A stretch of DNA of 64,000 nt from a virus (taxonomy: Duplodnaviria; Caudoviricetes): positions 14,072 through 78,071 of IMG/VR virus record IMGVR_UViG_2974719393_000001; one strand, given 5' to 3'. Every line of letters begins with the position of its first letter. The stretch's first letter is position 1. The notes beneath the pieces are model-generated. The model made no database searches. It saw only the letters and a list, made by a program, of their open reading frames with translations, and was not told where the DNA came from. This document shows, one piece after another, positions 20,301 through 29,583 of the stretch. The position numbers and the translations under genes are program-made.

Positions 20301-23300
20301 CAGCGTATGCATGTTTTCTTCACTTGCAGCGAAATCAACAATCTCATCCATCTGGTCTTCAGATAGCGCATCGCCGTTCTCAAACTTCTGCATCAAACCC
20401 ACGACCATAGCGTTCTCTTCGACCAGTGCGTCTAGTTTACTGATAGAGGTCGCTGATGATAGTTTATCGGCAGAGATGCCCATACCTTGAGCCACTGAAA
20501 CCAAGAACGCTACTTTCTGGCCGGCATCTGTCATATCGAATGTTTGCTCACCGTGGTGTGCAGCGAAACGATGCATAGCTTTAGATGACTGGTAGTTGAA
20601 CGTCTGAGAGTCAACGAACTGACGTTGGTAAGCTGAGTTGAAGAAGTTCGCAAAGAATGGGACATCTGAAACGCTGCCGTAACCAAACTGGTCAGCTTCA
20701 CCTTGCATGTCAACTAGGAAGTTGTTCCAACCGTCTAAGTCTGCTTGGATAGTCTGATTCTTACCTTCACGAGTTAGCGCCACTACTTTGTTAGTGGTGT
20801 CTTTATCGTAAGCTTTCCAACCAGCAACACGCATAATACGTTGGTCACCAAAAATTTCTTTGATGCGCATGATGCCTTTGTCTAGGAACAATTTCTGTTC
20901 AGACTGTTTATCCTGTGCAGCTTTCTGATTCTTATTAAGCTTTTTGTGTTGGTAGCCTTTAATCTTACCTTCGTTCTTACGAGGTGTAGACATAGCAGGA
21001 ACACGTTTAGTGTAATCAGTACCGAACACTTTAGAGAAACCAGTAGACGCACCTTTAACATTGTTCAGGTACTGTTCTACTGACATACCGCCAATAGTAG
21101 CCTCTGGGTCAATGTAGAAAGTCTCGATGTAATTACCTTGGGTAGTGTCGTCATAGACTTTATAGCCTTTGCCTTTCCACTCGTACACAATACCGTTGTA
21201 TGAGATGTACTTACCCATGTTCTTATTACCTGGCCATGATTCCACATCCCATGTAGCTTTGAACTTCTGTTTCGCTTGCTGAGCTTTTAGCTTCTCGATA
21301 ACAGCTTGGTTATCGTACTCAGCGCCAGCCCATGCCAGTTTATTCACAGATACGCGCTTACCGGTAATGATGCCCATGTCACGTAGCGCATTGAACAGGA
21401 TATTACCCATTGCAGAAATATGGCGAGGGCGGGTATTAGCGTGAGCACCACTGAACTTAACACCAGCAATGTTCATTGCGTTGGTGCCGAGTGACTCAAC
21501 TAGGTTGGCTTTCGTATCACCGATGCCAGTTTCCATAGCCAGTTGCATTAGCTTGTGAGGAACTTCAGCTTTCGAATCCAAGTTACCAAATGCCTGTACT
21601 TGAGATGTAACGATTCGACGCTCAACAGCAGCGTTGTTCATTACAAAGTCAGTAGCTGCAAGCATGCCGCCTTTAAGCAGGAAGGTAACCATCTGACCTG
21701 TGGCGTCAGCAAAGTTTGAAGCATACTCAGTATTGAACTTCGCATACTCAGGATTCTTCATCTTAGCCATTTGCTTAACAAACTGTGCTTGAATAGGGCC
21801 CACGAATGTAGCCTTACCGTGCTCATAGATTTTGGCAACCAAGGTAGCCTTATCAGCTGGAAGCTGTTGTTGGATACCACGACCAAAAACTAGTTGACGA
21901 GTCAGAGCTGTATCAGAAGCGAAGCTTTCAACCTTGGCTTCTTCTTTGAACTCGTTCTTCGCACGATATACAGCATCTGCATCTGTTTCATCTGCCAAGA
22001 AGTAACGGTCAGACATCGCATCCATTTGCTCTTGACCAATACCTTTGGTTTTAAGCTGCTTACCGAAGTCTTTATCAGCAATGGCTTGACGAATTAGCTC
22101 CAGAGCCTTCGTGTAGTGCTTCTCATCGATAGATGAATCCAATGGCTCTACAAGTACACCGTCACGCTCTTTGTACGCGATAGCCTTACCTAGCTCACGG
22201 ATAGCACGTTTTACACCTGGAGACTGAGTACTGTTTGCTGCTCGCGCAACCACATCACCAGATTCTGGGAGGGAAGAAATGTTAAAAACTTCTGAAGATG
22301 TAGCTTCAGAGTCTGATGAGCGCAGCGAGTCAGAGTCTGGAGATACAACGCCAGAATTTTTAACATTTCTTTCCGAGCCCACTAGAACGTTATCTAGTTC
22401 TTGCTCAACTGCTTTGGTGTTTGCTGCGTACTGAGGTTCAACGGTTCCGTCACTGTCCACTTCGATATCGCTATCCCCGTCAACAGATTCACTAGTCTCA
22501 TCCTGTACAGCATCAGTGTTATCTGATTCGATGTCTTCATCTACTTCAGGCTCCGTTACGTAACCACCGATTAAACCATCGATAGTAGCTTGTGCTTGTT
22601 CGAAGTTACCACCGTACACTTCCACTGCATCATCCAGAATAGATTGCAGTACATCACGGTCAGTAGTCATTTTGTCTAATAGCAAGTCAGTACGCTTGTC
22701 ACCAGAGGCAAACATAGGTTGGCCATTCAATGACTCGTACGGGATGCCGACACCGGCTTCTTCGCTTTCTTCAGTGCGCAGTACTTCAACCGAGCGTCCA
22801 AGTTGTTTTGCTTTACGCTGCGCTGTGGTGAAATCTTTAACTTTTTCGTCGATGTAACCCGAAAAGCGAGCCAACTCCACAAGCTGAATAGAAGCATTAG
22901 CTTCATCGCCGGCTTCCATAGCTGAAGCGATTTTAGAAATGTAGTAAGCACCGCCGCGCCAATCGCTGTCACCAACGATAATATTGTCAGTAACTTCAGC
23001 AGAAGTCTTTGCAGCTTCCTTGATAAGCGTAAGCGTTTTGACTTGTTCGTCAGTGGCACCTTTTGCCACAGCAGTGTCAATTGCTTTTTGATAGTCGTTT
23101 TCATTTAACTCACCATCTTCATCTAGGCTGATTTGGTACGCCACTTCACCTAGGTACTCATCAACTGATTGTTCTTCTGGTGATTCAGTGAATACAGACT
23201 TATCTACCTTCTGACTCTGAATGTCGGCACCACGAGTTTGCAGAGAGTTCACTTTCTTCTCTTGCTCACGAATAGCCGCTTCCGGGATACCCGGGGTCTT

Positions 23301-25001
23301 GCGCATTAAGTCCAGGATGCCCTGTTCTTTCTCGATGGTAGACTTAGCTTTCTTAACTTGAGTTTGTTGCTCAGGAGTTACAGGCTTCTTAGTCTGTTGA
23401 GCTTTCTTCACAGTCTTGTTTACATCGCGAACCAAACGTTCTTCAGGTGATAGGGCTAACTGGTCTTTAGCAGACTTAGCAGCATCATTCAGTTTCTCGC
23501 CGGCAGACTTAGTAGCTTTAGCTCCTTCTGCTACAGCGACACCACCACCACCGAATGAACTGCCAGCAATACCACCGATGACTGCAGCTAGTGATGCAGC
23601 TGAACCATCAACTTCATTACCTTTAGCTACGTCTTCCAATGCAGTTTGGCCAGCTTCGGTCACTGCTTCTGTTACGGTTGATTCAGCAGCACGGCCAGCA
23701 ATACGAGTAACGGCATTACGCAGATACTTGTTATTAGTAGCTCCAGCAATGGCAGCTTTAACAGCAGGGTCAACACTCTCTTTGAGTGCACCAGTCCCGC
23801 CAACCAATACTTTATCGGCAGCAACTTCGAGGATACCCGCACCGAGAGACGCAAGCGCCATACGTGCCAAATCATCTTGGCCTGGGAGCTGACCTTCATT
23901 TTCTTTCTTGAACTCATTGATTGCTTCCTTATAGACATCGCCTACATAAGCTGAGTTAGTGATAGCCGCTGTGTACGGGTTGAATGCTGCAGCCATTTGA
24001 GGTGCAGTTTCAGTTACCATCTCAAATACAGCCTCAGGATTATCCCATGCTGCTTCAATTGAGCCGCCTACGGCACGTAGAGCACCACCAATGGCATCAA
24101 TCGACCCACTGAGGTACTGTCCATCTGCAAACGCGTCAGCGCCCTTCTGAGCCTGTTCTAAGCCAGCTTGAGTATTCTCAATGTTCTGACGGTTCAGGTC
24201 ATCTTTGAAGATAGGGTCGATGTTCGCTTTCAAATCTTCGAAGTAAGCATCGTTAGCTTCTAGGTCTGCATATTCTTTTTCGATGCCCTCAACGAATTCA
24301 CGCAGAGGTTTACCATCGTTATTTACACCAAGTGGCGCGAAGTTAGATTTAACTTCGAATTCACCAAACTGATTGCCAACCGTATTAGGTTTACCGGCAC
24401 GAGGTGCATTCCATAGAGCGTAAGCATCTTCTGGAATAGTCATCTCATCTTTGGTCTTCTGTAATGAACCGCGAAGTAGTTCACGTTGGAAAGGGTCAAG
24501 GTCAGTACGCTGAGCCATCTCACCAATCTTTTTATTCAACTCTTCTTGCGCCATCTCATAGGTGCGCACTTCATTCACTGCATTGATTTCATCTTGAGAC
24601 AGAGACTCAAGACGACCTTTCAATTCCAGTGTTGATGGTAGGTTGAAGATTTGTTGGCCAACACGAATAGCACCGTTCTGTAGTGAGCCAAGAATATCAG
24701 GGCCTTCTGAACGACGGATGTCTTCGTTCACTTCAACTGCTTTATCCAGTGAAGAGTTCAAACGATTGAACAAGTCTTGTTCGATTGGAGATAGGTTCTC
24801 AGTGATACGACGAGAAGCTTCGGCTGTACCTTGAGTAGCACGGACAGAGCCAGCTGCTAATTGAGCCTCTTTAGGTAACGCACCTTTCAGTGATTGAATA
24901 GCTTCTGATTCATTGAAGTTCGGTTGAGAAAAAGAAACGGAGCCATTATCGGCTCCGCTGTCATTTCCTAAACCATTACGGTTCTGGTCGGTCATAATCA
25001 A
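14349..25001 (-). CDS. virion-encapsidated RNA polymerase (N4 gp50-like vRNAP), 3550 aa
   Basis: Size; no Cys seen; T7-like motifs A (ELDGVNNG), B (RNETKSLITKLFYNAG) and C (TVFDG); zincin-like HELVH segment. Confidence 0.96.
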   Translation of the reverse strand: MIMTDQNRNGLGNDSGADNGSVSFSQPNFNESEAIQSLKGALPKEAQLAAGSVRATQGTAEASRRITENLSPIEQDLFNRLNSSLDKAVEVNEDIRRSEGPDILGSLQNGAIRVGQQIFNLPSTLELKGRLESLSQDEINAVNEVRTYEMAQEELNKKIGEMAQRTDLDPFQRELLRGSLQKTKDEMTIPEDAYALWNAPRAGKPNTVGNQFGEFEVKSNFAPLGVNNDGKPLREFVEGIEKEYADLEANDAYFEDLKANIDPIFKDDLNRQNIENTQAGLEQAQKGADAFADGQYLSGSIDAIGGALRAVGGSIEAAWDNPEAVFEMVTETAPQMAAAFNPYTAAITNSAYVGDVYKEAINEFKKENEGQLPGQDDLARMALASLGAGILEVAADKVLVGGTGALKESVDPAVKAAIAGATNNKYLRNAVTRIAGRAAESTVTEAVTEAGQTALEDVAKGNEVDGSAASLAAVIGGIAGSSFGGGGVAVAEGAKATKSAGEKLNDAAKSAKDQLALSPEERLVRDVNKTVKKAQQTKKPVTPEQQTQVKKAKSTIEKEQGILDLMRKTPGIPEAAIREQEKKVNSLQTRGADIQSQKVDKSVFTESPEEQSVDEYLGEVAYQISLDEDGELNENDYQKAIDTAVAKGATDEQVKTLTLIKEAAKTSAEVTDNIIVGDSDWRGGAYYISKIASAMEAGDEANASIQLVELARFSGYIDEKVKDFTTAQRKAKQLGRSVEVLRTEESEEAGVGIPYESLNGQPMFASGDKRTDLLLDKMTTDRDVLQSILDDAVEVYGGNFEQAQATIDGLIGGYVTEPEVDEDIESDNTDAVQDETSESVDGDSDIEVDSDGTVEPQYAANTKAVEQELDNVLVGSERNVKNSGVVSPDSDSLRSSDSEATSSEVFNISSLPESGDVVARAANSTQSPGVKRAIRELGKAIAYKERDGVLVEPLDSSIDEKHYTKALELIRQAIADKDFGKQLKTKGIGQEQMDAMSDRYFLADETDADAVYRAKNEFKEEAKVESFASDTALTRQLVFGRGIQQQLPADKATLVAKIYEHGKATFVGPIQAQFVKQMAKMKNPEYAKFNTEYASNFADATGQMVTFLLKGGMLAATDFVMNNAAVERRIVTSQVQAFGNLDSKAEVPHKLMQLAMETGIGDTKANLVESLGTNAMNIAGVKFSGAHANTRPRHISAMGNILFNALRDMGIITGKRVSVNKLAWAGAEYDNQAVIEKLKAQQAKQKFKATWDVESWPGNKNMGKYISYNGIVYEWKGKGYKVYDDTTQGNYIETFYIDPEATIGGMSVEQYLNNVKGASTGFSKVFGTDYTKRVPAMSTPRKNEGKIKGYQHKKLNKNQKAAQDKQSEQKLFLDKGIMRIKEIFGDQRIMRVAGWKAYDKDTTNKVVALTREGKNQTIQADLDGWNNFLVDMQGEADQFGYGSVSDVPFFANFFNSAYQRQFVDSQTFNYQSSKAMHRFAAHHGEQTFDMTDAGQKVAFLVSVAQGMGISADKLSSATSISKLDALVEENAMVVGLMQKFENGDALSEDQMDEIVDFAASEENMHTLLALREYARYRNALEAEQTSMQVVMPIELDGVNNGPITAILQSLTADMDFDAYLRRAGITIAAQDQRTAAERYEDKADGLYEEGAQAVQESLTQTSQVLKDEGMEAERLILGAQTTLKAMNPKLVSLKGGLKVNRNETKSLITKLFYNAGDASLLRAEVGEIMANFYGELQKVIDGTSSMGQERLVWTLAQAAASSKGQKRNERKTTGEWQAEVTKVYNNLMSQMDTPEKLINFELSVDIQAMLTDNMREDFSYGRAKLDGIKGVYESAVAQATMVSRMTSVGAVFARQRIENAIEARRAELEISRFEELPVKDLEKIYLELGDQLPNLKLDMHTAEDMSDAIPLYNYDSAPRGKEQISKYALKAGDATAPLFVTGQEITDVGAGGVAASTISVADASTIFGIMEQLNEGFMTVFDGVLINGLRMDVLAQAANASYMKSLRNNDTFSKILENYTAVVDGGINSLTPKYYEELMDAMRIKEDRRMDEGFVSSMFHLVQEEATVIADGIRKHAALSDQDLAVDQFGAVNDKTTVISNDGTVKDAFEELNPLNPDKDYYEKVESNNPMDAEINAKLPNSVTLAGFVTRNWNRHHSFNKRGTKTRLLNLIKQAGVENSEYATFLQEGLIDQVLLPAFEAIGSLPVIRVVDNAGMEQEVGGQHKGAYRYKDNTIFLNQDKAGANVETLFHELVHSALDIALVHSGRKSKRYAEDLEALAVEAKEFLEKNQALVTRFTPDGAVTDGINRHIPWVRKDGSINTREFLSWALTNYHIMTELAQAKSESNPRGLFGRIWNFIRRLIRRWTLGGNRIQEDSIFSFLFTTAAELAPKAQAPNRGQKGKSLQEDYANINNQEASKTFEDLAAISTMNQKDFAQVQEVFVSEILPAMENAKYDFLNSHANTAERLNELKDAGADIRVDNFKGSFNMSPVEEHTFQLYRAMMVEALSDNNKYAKEIADLYKNAKVVLKPEDFGPNGQAQYDSVFIQHGSPKQQVDTTTAGIENTYNRSEYLASFIALARVNPTMRQALNKAYNRRPGKNKGVKDIDVRAIEAGVDLFKKVAIDRYTGTKGLRNYKDRVDRLSKRMAVADQVGKSGLERKAERAFQKLDYGYGLYKKAFEKGMTGIFQNAVARAIKRAFTTVGGGVKRAFTSGQYDSLNELHLSLSHGIMAWLPRMVEEMLPTNERNKEFRRLSIGKTRAIAGARDGKTKAVKQVLRDIFKQDLTDAQNKALTRTLLDSDLRAIMESEHLDQQDVLALLRDEQKLDETIEVLKDLIAGKSGTYSNFHIRSALSLGTLIATGQASEQFTLPNAHAIAVQHVGHNSQDYIPSEVTPLIDQLATLVALKHQSKVDKDAAARVLEKPETYAALETMLSIYKQDMIDHRYEGNEFLTLKGGFNEVYDSFKDLKMVRKSDLNKLTSSNYSLVRRVQKDLYDGNPDELYLVSSSTGGLGEYQQGLYSTINAAQSGIKNLDGRTTFNGYDDYSTMQKYTKVTKAQKRLAMEAMFANSNTSTQLTNHLVPVLNAHGAVTGFQYVVSRAERENILGRDTNFIDILSQSFGRTVEAEGTVNFNNEINKRLKEAYDVAKVRGTTSRFIEVSKDAPTKRGREAYRMMPPEARQDLRRVWGEAAFVDSALFDTVYGYRKASIANVLRKHTEDDDRSMWVAQLGRALTINYRLEKPMIQAVLHGEKFLSEVSHTIKDLIVIRGLRVMLGNMISNTVQLVLQEDMPLRTAIKYQIEGISEARRYQEAQSKIRRLQFEKDIEPDVRKVKVIESRIVELQEELAKNPARHLIDHGLLTAIVEDVEEDTNPFSYMNKMQNKVSGLTNRLPKGARSATNALLVNKDSEVYRSLYMFTQLGDFSSRYAALKYRTDTKGEVTANDIDDVVDAFVNYDLPANKYLQYLGDVGQLWFFKYFFRIQNVIIRNTIRNPRRVFEYLALTNLTGVDISTYFDAFFLFNSITNKLGFFQYAEMGVESLPIVQVYDFAT

Positions 25002-26266
25002 TATCCTGTCAAATAACCTGGAAGTTTAAATTCAGGACGCGCACCAGAAGCTTGTTTTGTCTGTTCAGCCAATTGCTTGTTAAACAGTTTCATCGCTTCC
25101 GATTGAACCGGAGTAGCGAGAATCTTTTCGACCTCGTTATTTCCGGCGACGCGTTGAACATTATTACTGCGAGCTGTTGATAGTAGTTTAGCAATGTTAT
25201 CTGCTTGTGTCTTGCCCAAGTTTTGTAAAACTGAAGCTTGGTTGTCTTTCAACTCGTACCATGCTTCCAATGCCTTACGTGTTTGTTGAGCTTTATCACT
25301 ATCACCGACGCCAATAGAATCAGCATACTCATCAATAATTTTCTCATAACCATCACCAAATAAACGGTTAGCGTCTAAATCGATGTCACCAGAAACAAAC
25401 GGTGTCCAGTCTTCTTCAGAAGCCAAACCAGCTAGGTAACCTAGCTCTTGTTTAGTTGGCACACGACCAAACTTCTGTACGAAGTAACGGTTCATTTCAG
25501 TAGCTTCACCACCAGATGCTTTGTTCAACTGTTGTACCAAGCCTTCACTTGTTTCAGTATCACGTTGAAGATTAAGAACAGTAGGTGAAATACCGGCACC
25601 AGCTGCAACAGTTTCCAATTGACGTTCAGAACGTTCACGGAATTGTTGTACTTGTGCTTGGTCATACTGAGTCTGTTCATCTACTACAGCTTGCTGTGAA
25701 CCAGTCAAACCGTATAAGGCATTATCTAGTGTTGATGCTTGTTGTAGGAAACCAGCTAAATCACCATCAGCGATGTTTGAATCACGTGCATACTTGACCA
25801 AATCTCGGGCAAGTGTGTCAGGGGTTGAGTTAGCGAGTACAGCGTCCAGACCATCATAAGCGGCCTCCAAGTTTGCGCGGTTAGTGTCATTACGAATGTC
25901 ATCTTGCACACGACGACCATGCACATATTGAGCACGACCTTCAGCAGATTTACGTAGTGAGCGTTGTTGTTCGTTAGTGAGTAACTGGTCATCAAGACGA
26001 GTCTGTGCACGGTCACCTTCAGCTTTGTTAAGTAGAAGTTGTTCAGCTGCACGTTCATCACGATTCGTGGCAAGTTGGTTAACAAAGTCTTGTTGCTCTA
26101 GTCGGTCATCACGTTCTTGAACGAAACGAGCGTCTGCAACTGCTTGGTCACCTAAGTCTTGCAAAGCACCGAACGCACGGTCAAAGGTACGAGTAGCACC
26201 TTCGAGTGCACGACTAGCACCACCATCTCCACCAGTACTGACATTACGCCATGTAGGGGTAGCCAT
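24998..26266 (-). CDS. internal virion/ejection protein (N4 gp51-like)
   Basis: MATPTWRNV N-terminus typical of gp51 homologs; Cys-free; coupled to vRNAP. Confidence 0.78.
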   Translation of the reverse strand: MATPTWRNVSTGGDGGASRALEGATRTFDRAFGALQDLGDQAVADARFVQERDDRLEQQDFVNQLATNRDERAAEQLLLNKAEGDRAQTRLDDQLLTNEQQRSLRKSAEGRAQYVHGRRVQDDIRNDTNRANLEAAYDGLDAVLANSTPDTLARDLVKYARDSNIADGDLAGFLQQASTLDNALYGLTGSQQAVVDEQTQYDQAQVQQFRERSERQLETVAAGAGISPTVLNLQRDTETSEGLVQQLNKASGGEATEMNRYFVQKFGRVPTKQELGYLAGLASEEDWTPFVSGDIDLDANRLFGDGYEKIIDEYADSIGVGDSDKAQQTRKALEAWYELKDNQASVLQNLGKTQADNIAKLLSTARSNNVQRVAGNNEVEKILATPVQSEAMKLFNKQLAEQTKQASGARPEFKLPGYLTGY

Positions 26267-26267
26267 A

Positions 26268-26519
26268 TTAAATCTCCTCTGACTTAGTACCGTACTGAGA
26301 CAGTACAGCTAGATAACGCATATACGCTTGTTCATCCAATTGTGGAATCTTCTCAAGCGCGTCTTTGACAGTCGTTACCTGCAAACCTTCGAACAACATG
26401 TTCAAGCCCTGAGGTGTTAACTGGCCTACAGCTCCTTCATGCCAACCACGTTGCGCTTCTTGAAACGCTGATGGTTCTGGCACTTCTGCATGTTCATCTG
26501 GCATATCGAAAATATTCAT
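26268..26519 (-). CDS. hypothetical protein
   Basis: GAGG SD; tightly packed in the late operon. Confidence 0.65.
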   Translation of the reverse strand: MNIFDMPDEHAEVPEPSAFQEAQRGWHEGAVGQLTPQGLNMLFEGLQVTTVKDALEKIPQLDEQAYMRYLAVLSQYGTKSEEI

Positions 26520-26528
26520 ACGAACCTC

Positions 26529-26885
26529 TTACGCATTTTGTTTAGCGGCAGTGTTCGTTTGATTTGCTTTAGCTGTATCGTACGAATCTTTTTGCATCGC
26601 ATAGTTCTTATTGAACGCATCCTTTTGGAATGCGAACATATCTTGAGCTAAGCCATATTGTTGGAAGCCAAGCCAAGACTGAGCAAGTGCATTGCCCACG
26701 CCTGCAACTTGAGTTAAAGCGCCAGCGCCATTAGCGCCCCCGAATAGGAACTCCTGCTGCTGTGGGTCTAAACCAAAGATGTTAGACGCAGGAGCCGGCG
26801 TAGTCGGTGTAGTAGTTGGGGCCTTGTAATATGGGTTACCACCACCAAAGCTACCAGTGAAAAATTCTTGGTCAGTCATAGTCAT
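26529..26885 (-). CDS. small ejection/structural protein (N4 gp52-like)
   Basis: Gly/Ala-rich; QQYGLAQDMFAFQKDAFNKNY segment; synteny. Confidence 0.72.
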   Translation of the reverse strand: MTMTDQEFFTGSFGGGNPYYKAPTTTPTTPAPASNIFGLDPQQQEFLFGGANGAGALTQVAGVGNALAQSWLGFQQYGLAQDMFAFQKDAFNKNYAMQKDSYDTAKANQTNTAAKQNA

Positions 26886-26888
26886 CTC

Positions 26889-28988
26889 CTAAACATTAAT
26901 GTTTACGCCAAGACCCGGTGACAAAGACGGGAGACTCAGCTTATTGTCTACGTAGTAATTGACGGAATCCAATGTGCCAACCCCTGGGTTACCAGCGTGC
27001 ACCGTCCGGTAGAGGAACGCACTTGGTGTTTCAAAATACTGCTCCTGACCGAAGTCAGTAAAAATATCCATCGGGTCTAAGTCTACACCAACTTCGAGCT
27101 CATCCCAAAGTTCCTCAAGCTCTGCGGTCTTCTTAGCAGCTTCATCTTGGAAGCCTTGAATCTCAGCATCTAACTCTTCAAATGCAACTTCCATAGTTGC
27201 TTCTGTTAAGTTGTTCGCTGCCATCAATGCTTCACTTGCAAATGGCAAACCTGACAGTGAGCCGGTGCCCATGACTGAGCCTGCTGCGTAAGCAGCAAAG
27301 GCGATGGAGAGGGCAAAGGCGATATTAGGTGGGAGAATCTCTGCCACCATCTCGAAACCTTTCTTAATGGCAAAGGCTACGACAATATCTGCGAGCACCA
27401 GAGTCAGTGTACTTAAACCAGCAACTGCACCAGCACCAACAATAGAACTGGTCAAAGCCCCAGGCTGGTAAGTCACGATAGTAATGGCCACTGCAACGAT
27501 AATGGTAACGAACTGGAAGAAACCAGTCTGATACCATTTCAACTTCACAACCTCATACGAGTTGAACACAATCTTGATTGCGTCATACATCAACTCGTTA
27601 CCTTTCTGCAGGCCCATAGACTGAAGAATGTTGTTGTTCAGGGGAATGACAAAGTTACCATTCGTCTGGTCACCTTCGCTATCGCGGTAGAATGCATTCT
27701 CAAGTGAGGTGTCTACAGTCTTGCCACCATACACATGGTTAATGTGCATTAGGCCATACACGCGTACTTCACTATAAGTGTCATCATCAAGCTGACGACG
27801 GAAGACAATTTCGTCTGTATTTGCTGACCAACTATCTGTACCAATAGGGGTGTTGTAGTTTACTTCCCGTTCCATTGGCTCCGCCAATGTACCGGTCAGA
27901 ACTCGGCGCTCTGTGTACAGGTAGCCAACATCAATATTGTATGCTCCATCCGTGATGTTCACGGTATTCATAGGAGGGGTATTTGAGTACTGAGGGTTAG
28001 CAGCTGCAACGCCTGCCCAATTGTCATAAGCAGATTTAGTAGCAGGGTTAAGAGAATGTAGATACACGAAATAGTCGTGTAGATAGCGCCAGCTATTAGG
28101 CAAATCAGTACTGATATCGACACCCATAATGATATATGCGTGGTCAATTTCAGACTGGTCGGGATTCTCTTGGATACCAGTAACAACATCATCCAAATCA
28201 ATGCCAATAATATCCAGTAATTTACGAGTAGTTGGATAGTCATCATCACCCTCCTCAACATCGTTATTATTCTGGCGAACAATTGCCACCGGGAAGTATG
28301 GGCTTTCAAGCGTAACACCCGGTTGTACCGCCAACTCTGGGTATGTCCCATCAGTAGTGTTATACGACCAATAGCTTACTGCAGAACCAGTCTCACCTTT
28401 GCGAATGTACTCCGCATGGTAGAAATACACATCTGGCTCGACTCCGACCATAGAAATAGTTTCAGTTACGAATCCAGTACCGCCGGCATTCTTCTCATAG
28501 CTGTAACGGAGTAACAAGGTGTCTGAAGCAGTGATGGTGGCGTCCACGTAGTATACAGGGCCAGATTCACCAACTGGCAAAGTAGGGTACGTTGTAACAG
28601 TATCGTCCGATTCATTGTAACCTCGATTAGCTACCAACCAAGGAATAGCAAAGAAGTTAGCGTCACAGATATCAAGAGTACAAGTGACCAAGGTAATTGA
28701 GTATCCGACTTCGGACTCAATAGCATTAGTAACAGCGATGTTATTAGTTTGGAACACTTCTTTAGTGCCCTGCGGTAAGCCGTGTACATAGGTGTCTCGT
28801 CCATAGCGGTAGTACTGACGTGCCTGTACATAAATACCATTGAGGTAGTTACCCACAATATCAGGAGCAATATCACGGGACTTCAAAATAGAAGTCGTAA
28901 CTGAGCTCTGTACGATGTCAGGCGTTTCTTCAATCATGCTCATGGTTTGAGCAGATACGTATGTCTTCTTCTTACTAAATAAACCGAT
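26889..28988 (-). CDS. structural protein with C-terminal TM helices (N4 gp53-like); probable ATC start
   Basis: Frame extends upstream of ATG 28943 to ATC-GGT-TTA-TTT (xGLFSKKKTYV) with GGAGG SD; KWYQTGFF followed by hydrophobic segments. Confidence 0.8.
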   Translation of the reverse strand: MGLFSKKKTYVSAQTMSMIEETPDIVQSSVTTSILKSRDIAPDIVGNYLNGIYVQARQYYRYGRDTYVHGLPQGTKEVFQTNNIAVTNAIESEVGYSITLVTCTLDICDANFFAIPWLVANRGYNESDDTVTTYPTLPVGESGPVYYVDATITASDTLLLRYSYEKNAGGTGFVTETISMVGVEPDVYFYHAEYIRKGETGSAVSYWSYNTTDGTYPELAVQPGVTLESPYFPVAIVRQNNNDVEEGDDDYPTTRKLLDIIGIDLDDVVTGIQENPDQSEIDHAYIIMGVDISTDLPNSWRYLHDYFVYLHSLNPATKSAYDNWAGVAAANPQYSNTPPMNTVNITDGAYNIDVGYLYTERRVLTGTLAEPMEREVNYNTPIGTDSWSANTDEIVFRRQLDDDTYSEVRVYGLMHINHVYGGKTVDTSLENAFYRDSEGDQTNGNFVIPLNNNILQSMGLQKGNELMYDAIKIVFNSYEVVKLKWYQTGFFQFVTIIVAVAITIVTYQPGALTSSIVGAGAVAGLSTLTLVLADIVVAFAIKKGFEMVAEILPPNIAFALSIAFAAYAAGSVMGTGSLSGLPFASEALMAANNLTEATMEVAFEELDAEIQGFQDEAAKKTAELEELWDELEVGVDLDPMDIFTDFGQEQYFETPSAFLYRTVHAGNPGVGTLDSVNYYVDNKLSLPSLSPGLGVNINV

Positions 28989-29056
28989 GGGAATACCCTC
29001 CGCCCAATAATGGGCTACAATAGTATAAATTTTTAATGTACCCCAAAGGAGGTCTT

Positions 29057-29557
29057 ATGACACAGAAAGGTACTTATCGTCAGTGGTTGAATAAAGTTTA
29101 CGGCCAACAACGCTCTTCGTCAAAAACACGCAATCACCTTATGCCTGATTATACCAAAGAAGAATTAGGGCAATGGATAACTGATAACTACGCAAACATA
29201 TTTATTGATATGTTCGCGGCCTGGGTTGCTTCCGGCTATGAAAAGAATTTAGTCCCATCCCTTGATAGGTTAGACGATTCCTTGCCTTATTCCCTAGACA
29301 ACCTGCAACTACTGACTTGGGGAGCCAACGAAAACAAATACCGTACTAACAGGGAAAGAAATAAACGCAATCGAACAGTTGTAGCAACTTCATTAATAGA
29401 TGGTACTGTAGCAGAATACCCATCATCAGCTTTAGCAGCTGAGGCACTTAGTTTAAGTCAAACTTCAATAAGTCGAGCAGCGCGAGGAGAAAGGAAATCG
29501 TATGCTGGATGGCATTGGAAGTTTAAAAATACTGAATGGAATTTTGAAAGAAAATAA
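29057..29557 (+). CDS. putative homing endonuclease (HNH-like core plus NUMOD1/HTH), antisense insertion in late region
   Basis: PSLDRLDDSLPYSLDNLQLLTWGAN; EYPSSALAAEAL...ISRAARGERKSYAGWHW; AAAGGAGG SD. Confidence 0.8.
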   Translation: MTQKGTYRQWLNKVYGQQRSSSKTRNHLMPDYTKEELGQWITDNYANIFIDMFAAWVASGYEKNLVPSLDRLDDSLPYSLDNLQLLTWGANENKYRTNRERNKRNRTVVATSLIDGTVAEYPSSALAAEALSLSQTSISRAARGERKSYAGWHWKFKNTEWNFERK

Positions 29558-29581
29558 GCCCCTACCAAGGGGCTTTTATTT
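29551..29581. terminator. bidirectional intrinsic terminator
   Basis: AAAAT-AAGCCCCT-ACCA-AGGGGCTT-TTATTT between convergent genes. Confidence 0.8.
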
Positions 29582-29583
29582 AC

